Shown: positions 40,722-51,122, counted from the first letter of the stretch. The stretch: 64,000 nt of DNA from an uncultured delta proteobacterium (GCA_963803435.1 CAWDML010000001.1:2560001-2624000); one strand, 5' to 3'. Notes: a model not told the origin generated them from the sequence alone. A program made the numbers and translations.

Positions 40722-42113
40722 ATGCGCGACAACACCCAGCAGGAGAACTACGTCGAGATCTCGCGCCGCCTCAACACGATCACCACGGTCGGCGCCGGAA
40801 TCATCAGCGTGCTCATGACGTTGGCGTGCTGGGGCGCCTGGCGTAACCTCGTCATCGTCGGCGCCATCCAGCTCGCGCTGGTGCCTTTCAACGCCTTCGC
40901 GACCATGGTCCTGCTCCGCCGCTGGGGTGCGCGACCGACCGAGACCCTCCGGACCGCGGTCAACATGGGGGCCACGCTGATCAGCTGCCACTACGCCGGC
41001 TGGCCGTTCCCGATGTGGCTCTGGCTCCCCTTCGTCGCCCTCGCCTTCGATCAGGCCGATCCTCGGATCTCGTGGGGCATGGTCGTCGTGCTGAGCATCG
41101 GCGTCGACCTCTCCGCGCTGAGCGCCGGCCGCCCCTCGATCGAGCTCGCGAGCTTCACTTTCCTCGCGATCTTCTGCATGACCATCTCGACCGCCAAGCA
41201 CCACATCGTCCGCGACATGCTCTTGAAGTCCGACCGACAGCGGAAGGAGCTCGAGCACGCCCAGGCGGAGACGGAGCGGCAGATCCACGCACGCGAGTTG
41301 ATCGAGGTCGAGCTCAGGCATTCGCAGAAGCTCGAAGCCATCGGCCGGCTGGCGGCGAGCATCGCGCACGAGATCAACACGCCCGTCCAGTTCGTGAACG
41401 ACAGCCTCAACTTCGTGCAGGGCGCGGGCACCGACCTCCTGGCGCTGATCGAGCGCTACCGGAGCGAGCACCCCACCACCCCCGAGCGAACGGCCGCCGA
41501 AGCCGAGTTCGATCTCGAATACATCGCCGACAACCTGCCGAAGGCGTGCGAGCGCTCGATGGAAGGGCTGGCGCGGATCGCCTCCATCGTCCGCTCGATG
41601 AAGGCCTTCGCACACCCCGATCAGACGGTGATGGCCCCCGCCGAGATCAACGGCGCAATCGAGAGTACGCTCACGATCGCGCGGGGCGAGTACAAGCAGG
41701 TCGCGGACATCGTCACGGAGCTCGGCGAGCTTCCGCTCGTCACGTGCCACGTCGGCGAGGTCAACCAGGTCCTGCTCAACCTCCTCGTCAATGCCGCCCA
41801 CGCGATCGAAGACGTGGTCGGTCCCAGCGGCGGCCGGGGTCGAATCACGATCCGGACGCGGGCGGAGAACGACCAGGTGCTCATCTCCGTCTCCGACACC
41901 GGAGCCGGCATTCCCGCGGCGATCCGGGACCGCGTCTTCGAGCCGTTCTTCACGACCAAGGCGGTCGGACGCGGAACGGGTCAGGGCCTCGCGATCGCCC
42001 GCTCGGTGATCGCGAAGCACGGCGGCACGCTCACGTTCGAGTCGACCCCCGGGACGGGTACCACGTTCCGCATCCTCCTGCCTGTCGAGCCGGCCAAGCT
42101 GCGGGCCGCCTGA
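40722..42113 (+). CDS. Membrane sensor histidine kinase (NtrB-type)
   Basis: ~5-6 TM segments; [53 protein letters not shown]. Confidence 0.93.
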   Translation: MRDNTQQENYVEISRRLNTITTVGAGIISVLMTLACWGAWRNLVIVGAIQLALVPFNAFATMVLLRRWGARPTETLRTAVNMGATLISCHYAGWPFPMWLWLPFVALAFDQADPRISWGMVVVLSIGVDLSALSAGRPSIELASFTFLAIFCMTISTAKHHIVRDMLLKSDRQRKELEHAQAETERQIHARELIEVELRHSQKLEAIGRLAASIAHEINTPVQFVNDSLNFVQGAGTDLLALIERYRSEHPTTPERTAAEAEFDLEYIADNLPKACERSMEGLARIASIVRSMKAFAHPDQTVMAPAEINGAIESTLTIARGEYKQVADIVTELGELPLVTCHVGEVNQVLLNLLVNAAHAIEDVVGPSGGRGRITIRTRAENDQVLISVSDTGAGIPAAIRDRVFEPFFTTKAVGRGTGQGLAIARSVIAKHGGTLTFESTPGTGTTFRILLPVEPAKLRAA

Positions 42114-42120
42114 GCAAGGT

Positions 42121-42579
42121 TCACTCGACTGGCTTCCAGGCGTCGTACTTTTGGGCGGGCGCCGGCCCGGCCCAGACCTGGATCCCCACCATCTTCGCGG
42201 GCCCGTTCTGGAACGAGACCTCGGCGTCGGGCGGCATGTAGATGGTGGCTCCAGGGGTGACGTCGTACGGCTTGCCGTCAATCAGGATCGAGCCGCTGCC
42301 CTCGAGGACGTGGACGTACTCCTCGGTGGCGTCCCGATGCTTCGGGACCTGGGCCCCCGGATCCATCTCCAGCTTGCCCAGGAACGCGTTGTTGCCCTGG
42401 GCCAGGATGAAGACGCGCGCGTGGCCCGACGGCGCGATCCGAACCGGAGCGTCCTCGAGCGGGATCACCGCTGGCTCGCCAGGCCGCATGGCCGCGAGCG
42501 GTCCTGGGGAGACCGCGGTGGCGGCCGAACCCGCGCAGGCGCCGAGGAGGAAGACGATCACGACGTTCATGCGTCCCAT
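42121..42579 (-). CDS. Exported cupin-domain protein
   Basis: PGAQVPKHR..EEYVHVLEGSG..PGATIYMPP. Confidence 0.85.
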   Translation of the reverse strand: MGRMNVVIVFLLGACAGSAATAVSPGPLAAMRPGEPAVIPLEDAPVRIAPSGHARVFILAQGNNAFLGKLEMDPGAQVPKHRDATEEYVHVLEGSGSILIDGKPYDVTPGATIYMPPDAEVSFQNGPAKMVGIQVWAGPAPAQKYDAWKPVE

Positions 42580-42619
42580 GCGTGGTGAGTAGCCCATCCT
42601 GGGCTATGCTTGAAGATCG

Positions 42620-44038
42620 ATGCGCTCGCGGCTCCCGCTCCTCACGCTGTTGCTCTGGCTGGGCGCTTGCACCGCGGATCCCGCCCCGGACGACGCCGGC
42701 CGAACGGACGCGGGACGCGCGGACGCAGCCGCTCAGGGCGACGCCGGCGGCGGTGAGGACGCGACTGACGGACAGGACGCCGCGCCCGGCGACGGCGGCG
42801 GCGGGGACAGGGACGCGACCGTCGGGGACGGCGGAGGCAGGGACGCGGGCCGCGACGCCGGCGTCGACGCGGGATCGATCGACGGCGGCTTCCTCCCCAG
42901 CTTCACGCAGCGTCCGATCGACACGTCGTTCACCCACGGCCAGGCCGTCACGATCGTCGACATCGACGACGACGGCGACCTCGACGTTCTCACCGCCATC
43001 AGCCTCGACGATACCGTGCGCCTCCACCTCAACAACGGCGGCGGCAGCAGCTTCGACACGGTCGAGGTTGCGCAGCCCGGGACCATCGTGGCGATGCACG
43101 CGATCGCGGTGGATCTGGACGGCGACGCGGACCTGGACGTCGCCGCGGTGGGGTTGTTCGATCGCAGCCGCGGCTTCGGCTCACCCGGGCAGGTGGCCTG
43201 GTACGAGAACACCGGCGACGTCGCGTCCGGCTGGGTCACACACCCGATCACCGGCCTCACCTTCTGGGGTCCGCGGTACCTCGCCGCCGGCGACCTGACC
43301 GGCGACGGCGCCGCGGATCTGGTGGTGGGGGCGCTCCAGACCGCCGACGACAACGGCACCGAGCAGGGCAACGGGATCCACCTCTTCCGGAACACCGGCG
43401 GCGCCTTCGAGGGCCCCACCGCGATCGACGCCACGCTGCGCGGGCTCGCGGTCGTTCTGATCCACGACGTCGACGGCAACGGTGTCCTCGACGTGATCGC
43501 TGCCGGTAACGTGGCCGGCGAGATCGCCTGGTACGAGAACCAGCGGCCGCCCGGCGTGATCCAGACGAACCCGACCTTCCTCAAGCACACGCTGTTCTCG
43601 ATCTCCAGCCCAGGAGGGCTGGCGCTCGCCCAGGCGGACGCGGATCCCGAGCTCGAGCTGATCGCGACCGGCGACAACGGCAGCGGCGGCCTCATCACCT
43701 GGCTCGATCCCCCGGCCGATCCCAGAAGTCCGTGGACCTCGCATCCGATCGCGCAGGACTTCGGTGCGGCCAACGCCGCGCGCGTGGCGGCGCTCGATCT
43801 CAACCTCGACGGCCGGATCGACGTGGCCGCCAGCAGCAACGACGCCGCCGCGGTGCGGGCCTATTTAGACGACGGCGCCGGAGGATGGATCGAGCGCACC
43901 GTCATCGAGCCGTTCGAGGGCGTCGACTTCGTCGCGGGCGGAGACATCGACGGCGACGGCATCCCGGACCTCGTCACCACCACCTACTCCCACGATCCCA
44001 ACTTCGATCGCGTCGACTGGTGGCGCACGCGCCCGTAA
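42620..44038 (+). CDS. FG-GAP/VCBS repeat lipoprotein
   Basis: Lipobox LGAC, DAG-rich linker, seven DxDGDGDxD-type repeats with WYEN. Confidence 0.9.
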   Translation: MRSRLPLLTLLLWLGACTADPAPDDAGRTDAGRADAAAQGDAGGGEDATDGQDAAPGDGGGGDRDATVGDGGGRDAGRDAGVDAGSIDGGFLPSFTQRPIDTSFTHGQAVTIVDIDDDGDLDVLTAISLDDTVRLHLNNGGGSSFDTVEVAQPGTIVAMHAIAVDLDGDADLDVAAVGLFDRSRGFGSPGQVAWYENTGDVASGWVTHPITGLTFWGPRYLAAGDLTGDGAADLVVGALQTADDNGTEQGNGIHLFRNTGGAFEGPTAIDATLRGLAVVLIHDVDGNGVLDVIAAGNVAGEIAWYENQRPPGVIQTNPTFLKHTLFSISSPGGLALAQADADPELELIATGDNGSGGLITWLDPPADPRSPWTSHPIAQDFGAANAARVAALDLNLDGRIDVAASSNDAAAVRAYLDDGAGGWIERTVIEPFEGVDFVAGGDIDGDGIPDLVTTTYSHDPNFDRVDWWRTRP

Positions 44039-44043
44039 GAGCC

Positions 44044-44967
44044 ATGGCGCGCCGGACGTTCGAGGCGCAGCTCGAGCTCGTCGAGTCGCTGCGGAAGAAG
44101 CCGCCCCAGGAGGCGCTGCCCGAGCTCGAGCGGATGCTCCGGCACAAGAACAACCTCCTCGTCGCTCGTGCGGCCGAGGTCGCCGTCGAGCTGGGGATCG
44201 ACGCGCTGTTTCCGTCGATCGAGGGGGCGTTCTTCCGCTTCCTCCAGAACGGCGCCGAGACCGACAAGACCTGCCGCGCCAAGACAGCGATCGTGCGAGC
44301 CTTGCTCGCCGCCAATCATCGGGCCGATGAGGTCTGTCTCGCCGGGATCGCCCACGTACAGCTGGAGCCCGCGTGGGGCCCGCCCGAGGACACGGCGGTC
44401 GAGCTCCGCTGCCTGTGCGCCGACGCGCTGGTGAGGCTCCACGTTCCGGACGTGGTGGAGAAGCTCGCGATCCTCCTGGCCGACAAGGAGCGCGGTCCAC
44501 GAGCCGCCGCCGCCCGGGCGATCGGAGACACCGGCCGCCGCGAGGGTGTCGCGGTGCTCGAGCTCAAGGTCCTGATCGGCGACCCCGACCCGGAGGTCCT
44601 CACGGAGGCCTTCGCCTCCCTCCTGCGGCTGGCCCAGGACACGGTCGCGTTCGTCGAGCCCTTCCTCACCTCGGCCGATCCGGCGCTCGCCGAGTCGGCG
44701 GCTCTGGCCTTCGGCGAGGCCCGGATCGACGGCACGGAGAACATCCTGATCGACGCCGCCGAACGGCAGGTGCTCGGCCGCAAGGTCCTCTATCTGGCGC
44801 TGGCGATGATGCGGACCAAGGCCGCGATCGATCACCTGCTCGGCAAGATCGAGGGCGGCAGCGACGGCGAGGCGAAGGCGGCGATCGAGGCGCTGGAGAT
44901 CTTCCGGCACGACCAGGCGTTGATGGCGCGGGTGACCGCGCTGATGGAGGCGCGCGCCAGCGACTGA
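44044..44967 (+). CDS. HEAT-repeat protein
   Basis: LLADKERGPRAAAARAIG, GDPDPEV, LAESAALAFG. Confidence 0.75.
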   Translation: MARRTFEAQLELVESLRKKPPQEALPELERMLRHKNNLLVARAAEVAVELGIDALFPSIEGAFFRFLQNGAETDKTCRAKTAIVRALLAANHRADEVCLAGIAHVQLEPAWGPPEDTAVELRCLCADALVRLHVPDVVEKLAILLADKERGPRAAAARAIGDTGRREGVAVLELKVLIGDPDPEVLTEAFASLLRLAQDTVAFVEPFLTSADPALAESAALAFGEARIDGTENILIDAAERQVLGRKVLYLALAMMRTKAAIDHLLGKIEGGSDGEAKAAIEALEIFRHDQALMARVTALMEARASD

Positions 44968-45188
44968 GCGCGGTCCTAGGCTCCTTGGCGGGCCACATCT
45001 TGAATCGGTCGAAGATGCTCGATCGGCCTCCCTGCTTGCGCGGGCGGTCGACAGTCCACAGCCGACAGCTTGGAGCCGGTCCGAAGACCTCCGGACCGTT
45101 CCGCGCTTCCTGTTTCGCTCGTTCTGCTCATTCGCTATTCAAAGCGGCCGTTGTTGCATCGTGCTCGATCGAGTGTTCTGCAGAGTCG

Positions 45189-45972
45189 ATGCAGGCAAGA
45201 TTCGCAAGTCTTCCGGACGCCCTGTGGAAACGCATTGAGCCGTGACTCCCGAAGCGACGTCCAAGGCCGCGGGGAGGTCGCCCGCGGGTTGCGGATCGCG
45301 TCGTGATGGCAGGTATCGTCTATCGCCTTCGGACAGGGTGCCAGTGGAAGGCCCTGCCGCGCGAGTTCAGCTCCGGTTCGACGTGCCACAGTCGATTCGC
45401 GGCATGGTGCGCAGCAGGGATCTTCACCGCGATCTTCGCTGAGCTGCTGCGGTACTACGACAGGAGGCGCGGCATACAGTGGAAGTGGACTTCACTCGAC
45501 AGCGCGATCGTCAAGGCTCCAAAAGGGGGGACCTGACCGGTCCGAACCCGACGGATCGAGCCAAGCGAGGCGTGAAGCGTCACGTGCTCACGGATGGTCG
45601 TGGTGTTCCGTTGGCGGCCGAGATCTCAGGCGCGAACGTGCACGACAAGTGGCGGGTGGAGCAGACGCTCGACGGCGTCGTCCTACGGGGCTCCCGCGGT
45701 CCACGACGGCCGGAGCACCTCTGCCTGGATAAAGGCTACGACTACGCGGATGTCGAGGCCGCCATTCGAGCGCGCCGGATCAAACCGCCTATCCGCCGCC
45801 GCGGCGAGCCTGCACTCGCTGGCTGTGTCCGCGGTAGGCCGCGGCGCTGGGTTGTCGAGCGCACGAACGCTTGGCACAACCAGTTCCGCGCATGACTCGT
45901 GCGGTGGGAACCAACTATCTCGGGCTGGTTCATCTTGCGTGCGCGATCATCGCGTTCCAGCAGGCTCGATGA
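45189..45972 (+). pseudogene. IS5 family transposase pseudogene
   Basis: LPDALWKRIEP*, GIVYRLRTGCQWKALP, LDSAIVKAPKGG, AAAAGGGGGG slippery site (45521-45530), GPNPTDRAKRG, LDKGYD, RWVVERT; two in-frame TGA stops. Confidence 0.92.
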
Positions 45973-46307
45973 CTTCCCTGATCGAGCCTTCGCCGTCTTG
46001 ATGGAGCTCGTCAGAATCGCAGAGAGTTTGTTGGCCTCTCGGATCAGCGAAGCGATCTCCGCTCCCTGCATCAGCTCCGGATCGGCAAGACGCAACCATC
46101 CTTGCGAGCGACCGCCATCTTGTGGATGAAGTCGGCAAGGCTCTCGCCGCCACGCGCTTCCTCGTCATTCGCACCACCTCCGGATGAACACCGGATCAGC
46201 TGTCGGACAACGTGCTTGCCGGCAAAGTCGTTTGGGAACTCGCGGCAAAGCCGAAGTACACGCTTCGCAAACTTGAGCAGTCGTTCTGCGATGTCATCGC
46301 CCTTCAT
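45965..46307 (-). pseudogene. Four helix bundle protein frameshifted by a 19-nt deletion
   Basis: MKGDDIAERLLKFA...AVARK, then in the other frame WLRLA..LIREANKLSAILTSSIKTAK (family C-terminal helix). Confidence 0.82.
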
Positions 46308-46340
46308 CGCCGGATCGAACAGCGAATGACAGAACGACGG

Positions 46341-47072
46341 AGAGGCGTTTGCGGATCCCGAACCGACCTGGCTCGTTCGCCACGATCTCGGTCCGAAGGA
46401 TCCGCTGGTGCTTGTCGTACGGCTTGATGACGGTCTTCAGGTGCTTCACGCGGAAGATCGTCACGGACTCGTGGGACTGGAAGATGGAGACGTTGGTCTT
46501 CTCCGGGCGAGCTGCTCTCTTCCGTCCGAAGACCGTCGAGATCGCCTTGGGGCCCAGGAACCGGCGGTTGAGATCGATGTGACGATGGAAGAGCTCGGCG
46601 ACGGGTAGGACCCTCGGAAGACCAGGTTGTGCGACACCTCCAGCTGCGCCATGGACCACTCGTACTTGAAGCCGGTGTCGTGCCGTTGCTCGTAAGTGAG
46701 CGTGGGAAGGACACGATACACCCAGCGATCCGCCACTCGCCGGATCTCCGCCTCCGTCAGGCTGTCGCAGGTCTTCTGTGGCGCCTTGGGCTCACGGGTG
46801 CCCATGAATGCGTTCGCCTTGCTCTCGACATGCACGCCGCGTTCTGACGCGCGGTGCACCGCCCAGTGATGACCGTTGAGGAACACCTTCGCATTGAACG
46901 GTGGATGCGAAGAGAGCACCACGCAGATGGGGCCCCAGCGCCGGTCGAGGATGTAGAACGAGTAGTGCGTGACGAAGGCCTGTCTGCAATCCAGGTTGCG
47001 GTGGGTGGACGTGGTGGCCTTCCTCGGCTCCTGACAGGTGAAAGTCTTCGTCTTCTCGGATGCCTTGGCTAG
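46341..47072 (-). pseudogene. Fragment of an unclassified IS-like/Rep_trans-like mobile element protein
   Basis: HYSFYILDRRWGP..PPFNAKVFLNGHHW, QLEVSHNLVF, IKPYDKHQRILRTE; frameshift ~46600; both ends truncated. Confidence 0.6.
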
Positions 47073-47143
47073 ACGGCAGCGAGATGAGATCCGAAACTGA
47101 CGTCTCCGGCGAGCGGCGTCGGTGCCGATCGGATCTCGCATCC

Positions 47144-48211
47144 TCACTCGGCGACGAAGTCCTCGCCCTTCGCGATCGTGATCGTGACCAGCGGCTTGCC
47201 CCCGGTGAGGGCCTTCAGCTCAGCGTCGAGGTACGCCTTGTCGGCCGTGGTCGCGTGCACGCTGTAGTTCCAGACGGGCATCGTGATCTTGTACGAGAAC
47301 GTGTTGAACGCGTCCGTCCCGGTATCGGAGCCCAGCTTCGTGATCTCGGTGTGCGCGATGATCTCGTTGGGCACGATCTGCGGGAAGCACTTCTCACCGC
47401 CGAGCCAGCGGCCGCCCGTCTGGAGCTGCCGAGCCTCGGTGTCGAACCCCTTCTTCTGCAGGGCGAACCTGAACGCGTACAGGAAGTGCGTCCCCACGTC
47501 CTTCGGCGTCGGGAACTTGCCGCAGGCCTTCAGCTCGCGGGCGACGCAGATCGAGGTCTGATTCACGATGTCGCGGTTGCCGATCCAGAACCCGGCCGCC
47601 TTGGTGTACCCGTCGCCGCCGGTCGCGCTGCCCTGAAGGATCGTGTCCCGCGCGTAGTCCGGGCAGTTGAACGCGTACTCGGGGAGGAAGCCGTACTGAC
47701 TGACGTTGTCGGGCTTTCGTCCGTCACAGCGGAAGCCGTAGCCGTGCTGGCTGAACATCGCCTCGCCCGACCGCGTGAGCGACGAGCGATGGTTCGGCGT
47801 GTTGAGATCCCGCATCCCGGCGATCGGGGTGGCGTACGGCCGGAACTCGATGATCTCCTCCCAGATGTTGTCGATGAGCTGTGCGTGGCCGGCGGGACCG
47901 AGCTGCGAGAGATCGTCGAGCGTGAACTTGTCCGAGTACAGCTTCCAGCTCGAGGTGGCGGCACGAGCGCCGATGTCGTTGCCCCAGTTCTGGAGCGCGA
48001 CGTCGTACTTCCGGAGGAAGCCGGGGTAGATCGACGGGTGCGCGCCCGTGAGCTTCTTGCTGGTCCCGTTATACGCCGAGAGCAGCTTCGAGCGCTGCGA
48101 GTGAGGCTTCGACGCGTTCGCCCGGCTCGAGGCCGTGAGCGCCCCGCACGCGTGCGTCGCGATGTTCGGCATGAGTTTCGAGCATCGAGGGCATGACCAC
48201 TGCTGCACCAT
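47144..48211 (-). CDS. ORFan with putative ADP-ribosyltransferase (CT/scabin-like) domain and N-terminal CxxC
   Basis: RBS AGGAGA; CPRC..HAC; GFRCDGRKPDNVSQYGF, SICVAR, FLYAF, GFDT, GGEKCF. Confidence 0.55.
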   Translation of the reverse strand: MVQQWSCPRCSKLMPNIATHACGALTASSRANASKPHSQRSKLLSAYNGTSKKLTGAHPSIYPGFLRKYDVALQNWGNDIGARAATSSWKLYSDKFTLDDLSQLGPAGHAQLIDNIWEEIIEFRPYATPIAGMRDLNTPNHRSSLTRSGEAMFSQHGYGFRCDGRKPDNVSQYGFLPEYAFNCPDYARDTILQGSATGGDGYTKAAGFWIGNRDIVNQTSICVARELKACGKFPTPKDVGTHFLYAFRFALQKKGFDTEARQLQTGGRWLGGEKCFPQIVPNEIIAHTEITKLGSDTGTDAFNTFSYKITMPVWNYSVHATTADKAYLDAELKALTGGKPLVTITIAKGEDFVAE

Positions 48212-48245
48212 GAGTTCTCCTTGTCCGGTGGTTTCCTCCCACCTT

Positions 48246-48261
48246 TCCAAGCGACATGCCA
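48246..48261 (-). promoter_or_regulatory. Sigma54-like promoter (variant -12), with palindrome CGTCAC-AC-GTGACG at 48315-48328
   Basis: TGGCATGTCGCTTGGA upstream of the ART-like gene. Confidence 0.35.
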
Positions 48262-48348
48262 CTCGGCGGGAGGCCCGAATCGGGCAAACCGGGGGCCGGG
48301 TCGCGTCCGAGGGACGTCACACGTGACGCAACCGGAGGGCGGGCTCGG

Positions 48349-51066
48349 CTACACGGCCTCGATCGCGTTGACCAGGACCTCGCGCTCGCCCTTCGGCCCG
48401 ATCGCTGGCCCCACGATGCCCTGCTTCTCCATCATCTCGACCATGCGGGCGGCGCGGTTGTAACCCACCCGGAGCTTGCGCTGCAGCGCCGAGATGGAGG
48501 CCTTCTTGGTCTCGGTGACGATCCGCACCGCGAGGTCGTACATCTCGTCGACGTCGCCCTCGTCGATCTCGGCCTCGTCCTCGTCCCGCTTCTTGAGGAT
48601 GTTCGGGTCGTACTGCGGGCGCGCCTGGGCCTTCCAGAAGTCCACGACGCGCTCGACCTCCGTCTCAGAGACGTAGCCGCCGTGCACGCGCTCCGGCATG
48701 GGCGAGGCCACGTCGAGGACCAGGCTGTCGCCCATGCCGAGCAGGTTCTCGGCGCCTGGGCTGTTCAGGATCGTAGCGCTGTCGTGGCGCGACGCGACCC
48801 GGAAGGAGATACGCGACGGGAAGTTGTTCTTGATGACCCCTGTGATCACGTCCGTCGACGGCCTCTGCGTCGCGAGCAGCACGTGGATCCCGGCGGCGCG
48901 AGCCTTCTGCGCCAGCCGCTGCACCGCGCCCTCGACGTCGCGCGGCGCGACGCACATCAGGTCTGCGAACTCGTCGATCAGGACCATGATGTACGGCAGC
49001 GGCTCCGGCAAGTCCTGGCCGTGCCAGGGATCGCTCTTCTTCTTGCCCCCCTCCTCGTCCAGGTCGATCCCCAGCTCGCGCTTCTCGCGCAGCTTCTCCA
49101 GGCGGCGGTTGAACCCGTCGATGTCGCGCACCTTGGCGTCCGAGAGCAGCTGGTACCGTCGCTCCATCTCATCGACGGCCCACGCGAGGGCCAGCGAGGC
49201 CTTCCTAGGATCGGTCACCACCGGCAGGAGCAGGTGCGGGATGTCGTTGTAGAGCGACAGCTCGAGCATCTTGGGATCGACCATGATGAACTTCACCTGG
49301 TCGGGCGTCGCCTTGTAGAGGATCGAGAGGATCATCGTGTTGATGCTGACCGACTTGCCCGAGCCGGTCGTCCCCGCGACCAGCAAGTGCGGCATCTTGC
49401 GCAGGTCGCGAACGATCGGATTGCCCTCCGCGTCCTTGCCGAGCGCCAGCGTCAGGAGCGATCGCGACTTCCGGAACCGCTCGTGTGCGATCAGCTCCTT
49501 CAGATAGACGTTCTCGCGGCGCTCGTTCGGAAGCTCGATGCCGACGACCCCGCGGCCCGGGATCGGCGCCACGATGCGTACCCGCAGCGCCTCCATCGAC
49601 ATGGCGATGTCGTCGCAGAGGTTCGCGATCTTCGCGACCTTCACGCCCGGCGCCGGCTGGTACTCGTACGTGGTCACGACCGGGCCAGGTCGGATCGCGG
49701 ACACCTTCCCTTCGACGCCGTACGTGCGGAGCTTCTCCTCGAGCCGCGTCGCCTTGGCCCGGAGCAGCTCGCCGAGCACGGGCTCGGGCGGGTCGCCCTC
49801 GTAGTCGAGCAGATTGATCGGGGGGAGCTGGAACTCCTTGCGGGGCGCGTCCTCCGCCGCGATCCCGTCGTCGTCGAAGTTGGTCTCGAGGGTCAGGCGG
49901 TCGTGGATCCGCGGCCCGTCCGAGAGCGCGTAGTCGACGTCGAGCTCGGGGCCGTGCGCCTCCTCGTCCTCCTCGAACGCGTCCTCGTCGTCCTCCGGCT
50001 CCTCGTCGTCCGCCTCGAGCGCCTCCTCCACCTCTTCCTCCGGCGCCTCTTCGGCCACCACCAGCTTCGGCGCAGGGAGGCGCTTCGGCCGGTGCGAGAC
50101 GCGATCGATCTCCTCGATGACGTCCGCAGAGCTGACAGCGATCTCGAGGTCGGGCTCGGCGCCGGGACCCGGAATATTCAGGCCCTCGACGACCTCGACC
50201 TCCTCGACTGGCGCGTGCGCGACGGCCTGCTCCTTCTCCATCCGCTCCTTGGCCTCGAGCGCCGCGATCTTGGCGAGCGCACGCTCCTCCGCCTTGGCGG
50301 TGGCCTTCAGCACGGCGACCCGCGCCCGCTCCTCGAGCTGCTCGCGGAGGGCGCGCTCGCGCTCGGCGGCCTCCATCTTCTGGATCGCACGCCGCGAGCG
50401 CGCCGCCTCTACAAGCTCCAGCTCGCGCTCGCTGCCGGCCCGCTTCGCCTCGGTCCAGATGCGGGCCCGCCCGAAAAGGAGAATGGAGAGCCAGCGCAGC
50501 GCACGGTAGGCGTCGAGCAGCGCCCGCCCGATCGACACGTCCGCGATCCCGAGCACGCCGATCAGAACCGCGCCCACCGCCGCCAGCGCCGCGCCGGCCG
50601 GACCTGCGACCGACGAGATCGCCTCCGAGATCACGACCCCGGCGATCCCGCCCGCAGGATGTCCGAGCAGGTCGGGCTCGACGATCATGTGGGCCAGCAC
50701 CGCCGCACCGATCGTGATCGCGACGGCGGAGATCATCGTAAGGACGGAGGGGAATCGCAGCCGTCCGAGCAGGGTGGCGCCCGCACCGAGGACGCAGAGC
50801 AGCGCCGCCACGTAACCGATCACGCCGATGCCGCCCAGAATGACGCGCGCCAGCTCCTCGCCGAGCGGCCCCACCAGGTTGTCGCCGCTCGCGGGGTCGA
50901 ACGAGAAGAGCGCGAAGCAGAGCGCGATCGCCCCCAGCATCATCGCGATGCCGAGGGCCTCCATCATGCGTCGCGCAGGAAGATCCTCGTGTTCGAGCGT
51001 CAGCTCGGAGAGCTCGTCGTCCTCATCGTCTTCGTCGATCCGTCGCTTCTTGAGAGAGGCGCCCAC
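48349..51066 (-). CDS. ftsK: DNA translocase FtsK
   Basis: 4TM N-domain, acidic linker, PHLLVAGTTGSGKS, DPKMLEL, IDEFADLM, LATQRPS, gamma domain LQRKLRVGYNRAAR. Confidence 0.96.
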   Translation of the reverse strand: MGASLKKRRIDEDDEDDELSELTLEHEDLPARRMMEALGIAMMLGAIALCFALFSFDPASGDNLVGPLGEELARVILGGIGVIGYVAALLCVLGAGATLLGRLRFPSVLTMISAVAITIGAAVLAHMIVEPDLLGHPAGGIAGVVISEAISSVAGPAGAALAAVGAVLIGVLGIADVSIGRALLDAYRALRWLSILLFGRARIWTEAKRAGSERELELVEAARSRRAIQKMEAAERERALREQLEERARVAVLKATAKAEERALAKIAALEAKERMEKEQAVAHAPVEEVEVVEGLNIPGPGAEPDLEIAVSSADVIEEIDRVSHRPKRLPAPKLVVAEEAPEEEVEEALEADDEEPEDDEDAFEEDEEAHGPELDVDYALSDGPRIHDRLTLETNFDDDGIAAEDAPRKEFQLPPINLLDYEGDPPEPVLGELLRAKATRLEEKLRTYGVEGKVSAIRPGPVVTTYEYQPAPGVKVAKIANLCDDIAMSMEALRVRIVAPIPGRGVVGIELPNERRENVYLKELIAHERFRKSRSLLTLALGKDAEGNPIVRDLRKMPHLLVAGTTGSGKSVSINTMILSILYKATPDQVKFIMVDPKMLELSLYNDIPHLLLPVVTDPRKASLALAWAVDEMERRYQLLSDAKVRDIDGFNRRLEKLREKRELGIDLDEEGGKKKSDPWHGQDLPEPLPYIMVLIDEFADLMCVAPRDVEGAVQRLAQKARAAGIHVLLATQRPSTDVITGVIKNNFPSRISFRVASRHDSATILNSPGAENLLGMGDSLVLDVASPMPERVHGGYVSETEVERVVDFWKAQARPQYDPNILKKRDEDEAEIDEGDVDEMYDLAVRIVTETKKASISALQRKLRVGYNRAARMVEMMEKQGIVGPAIGPKGEREVLVNAIEAV

Positions 51067-51122
51067 AGTGGCCCAGGGTGTGAGACCACCAGGATCCCGT
51101 CAAAATTCTGGCCGGTGTCTCC

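Larger units (their letters stand above)
45073..46340 (+). mobile_element. Degenerate IS5-family element with convergent four-helix-bundle passenger gene; outer right end replaced
   Basis: Left TIR GAGCCGGTCC at 45073, transposase relic, then a four-helix gene whose upstream DNA matches the TIR-adjacent sequence at 4257. Confidence 0.85.
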
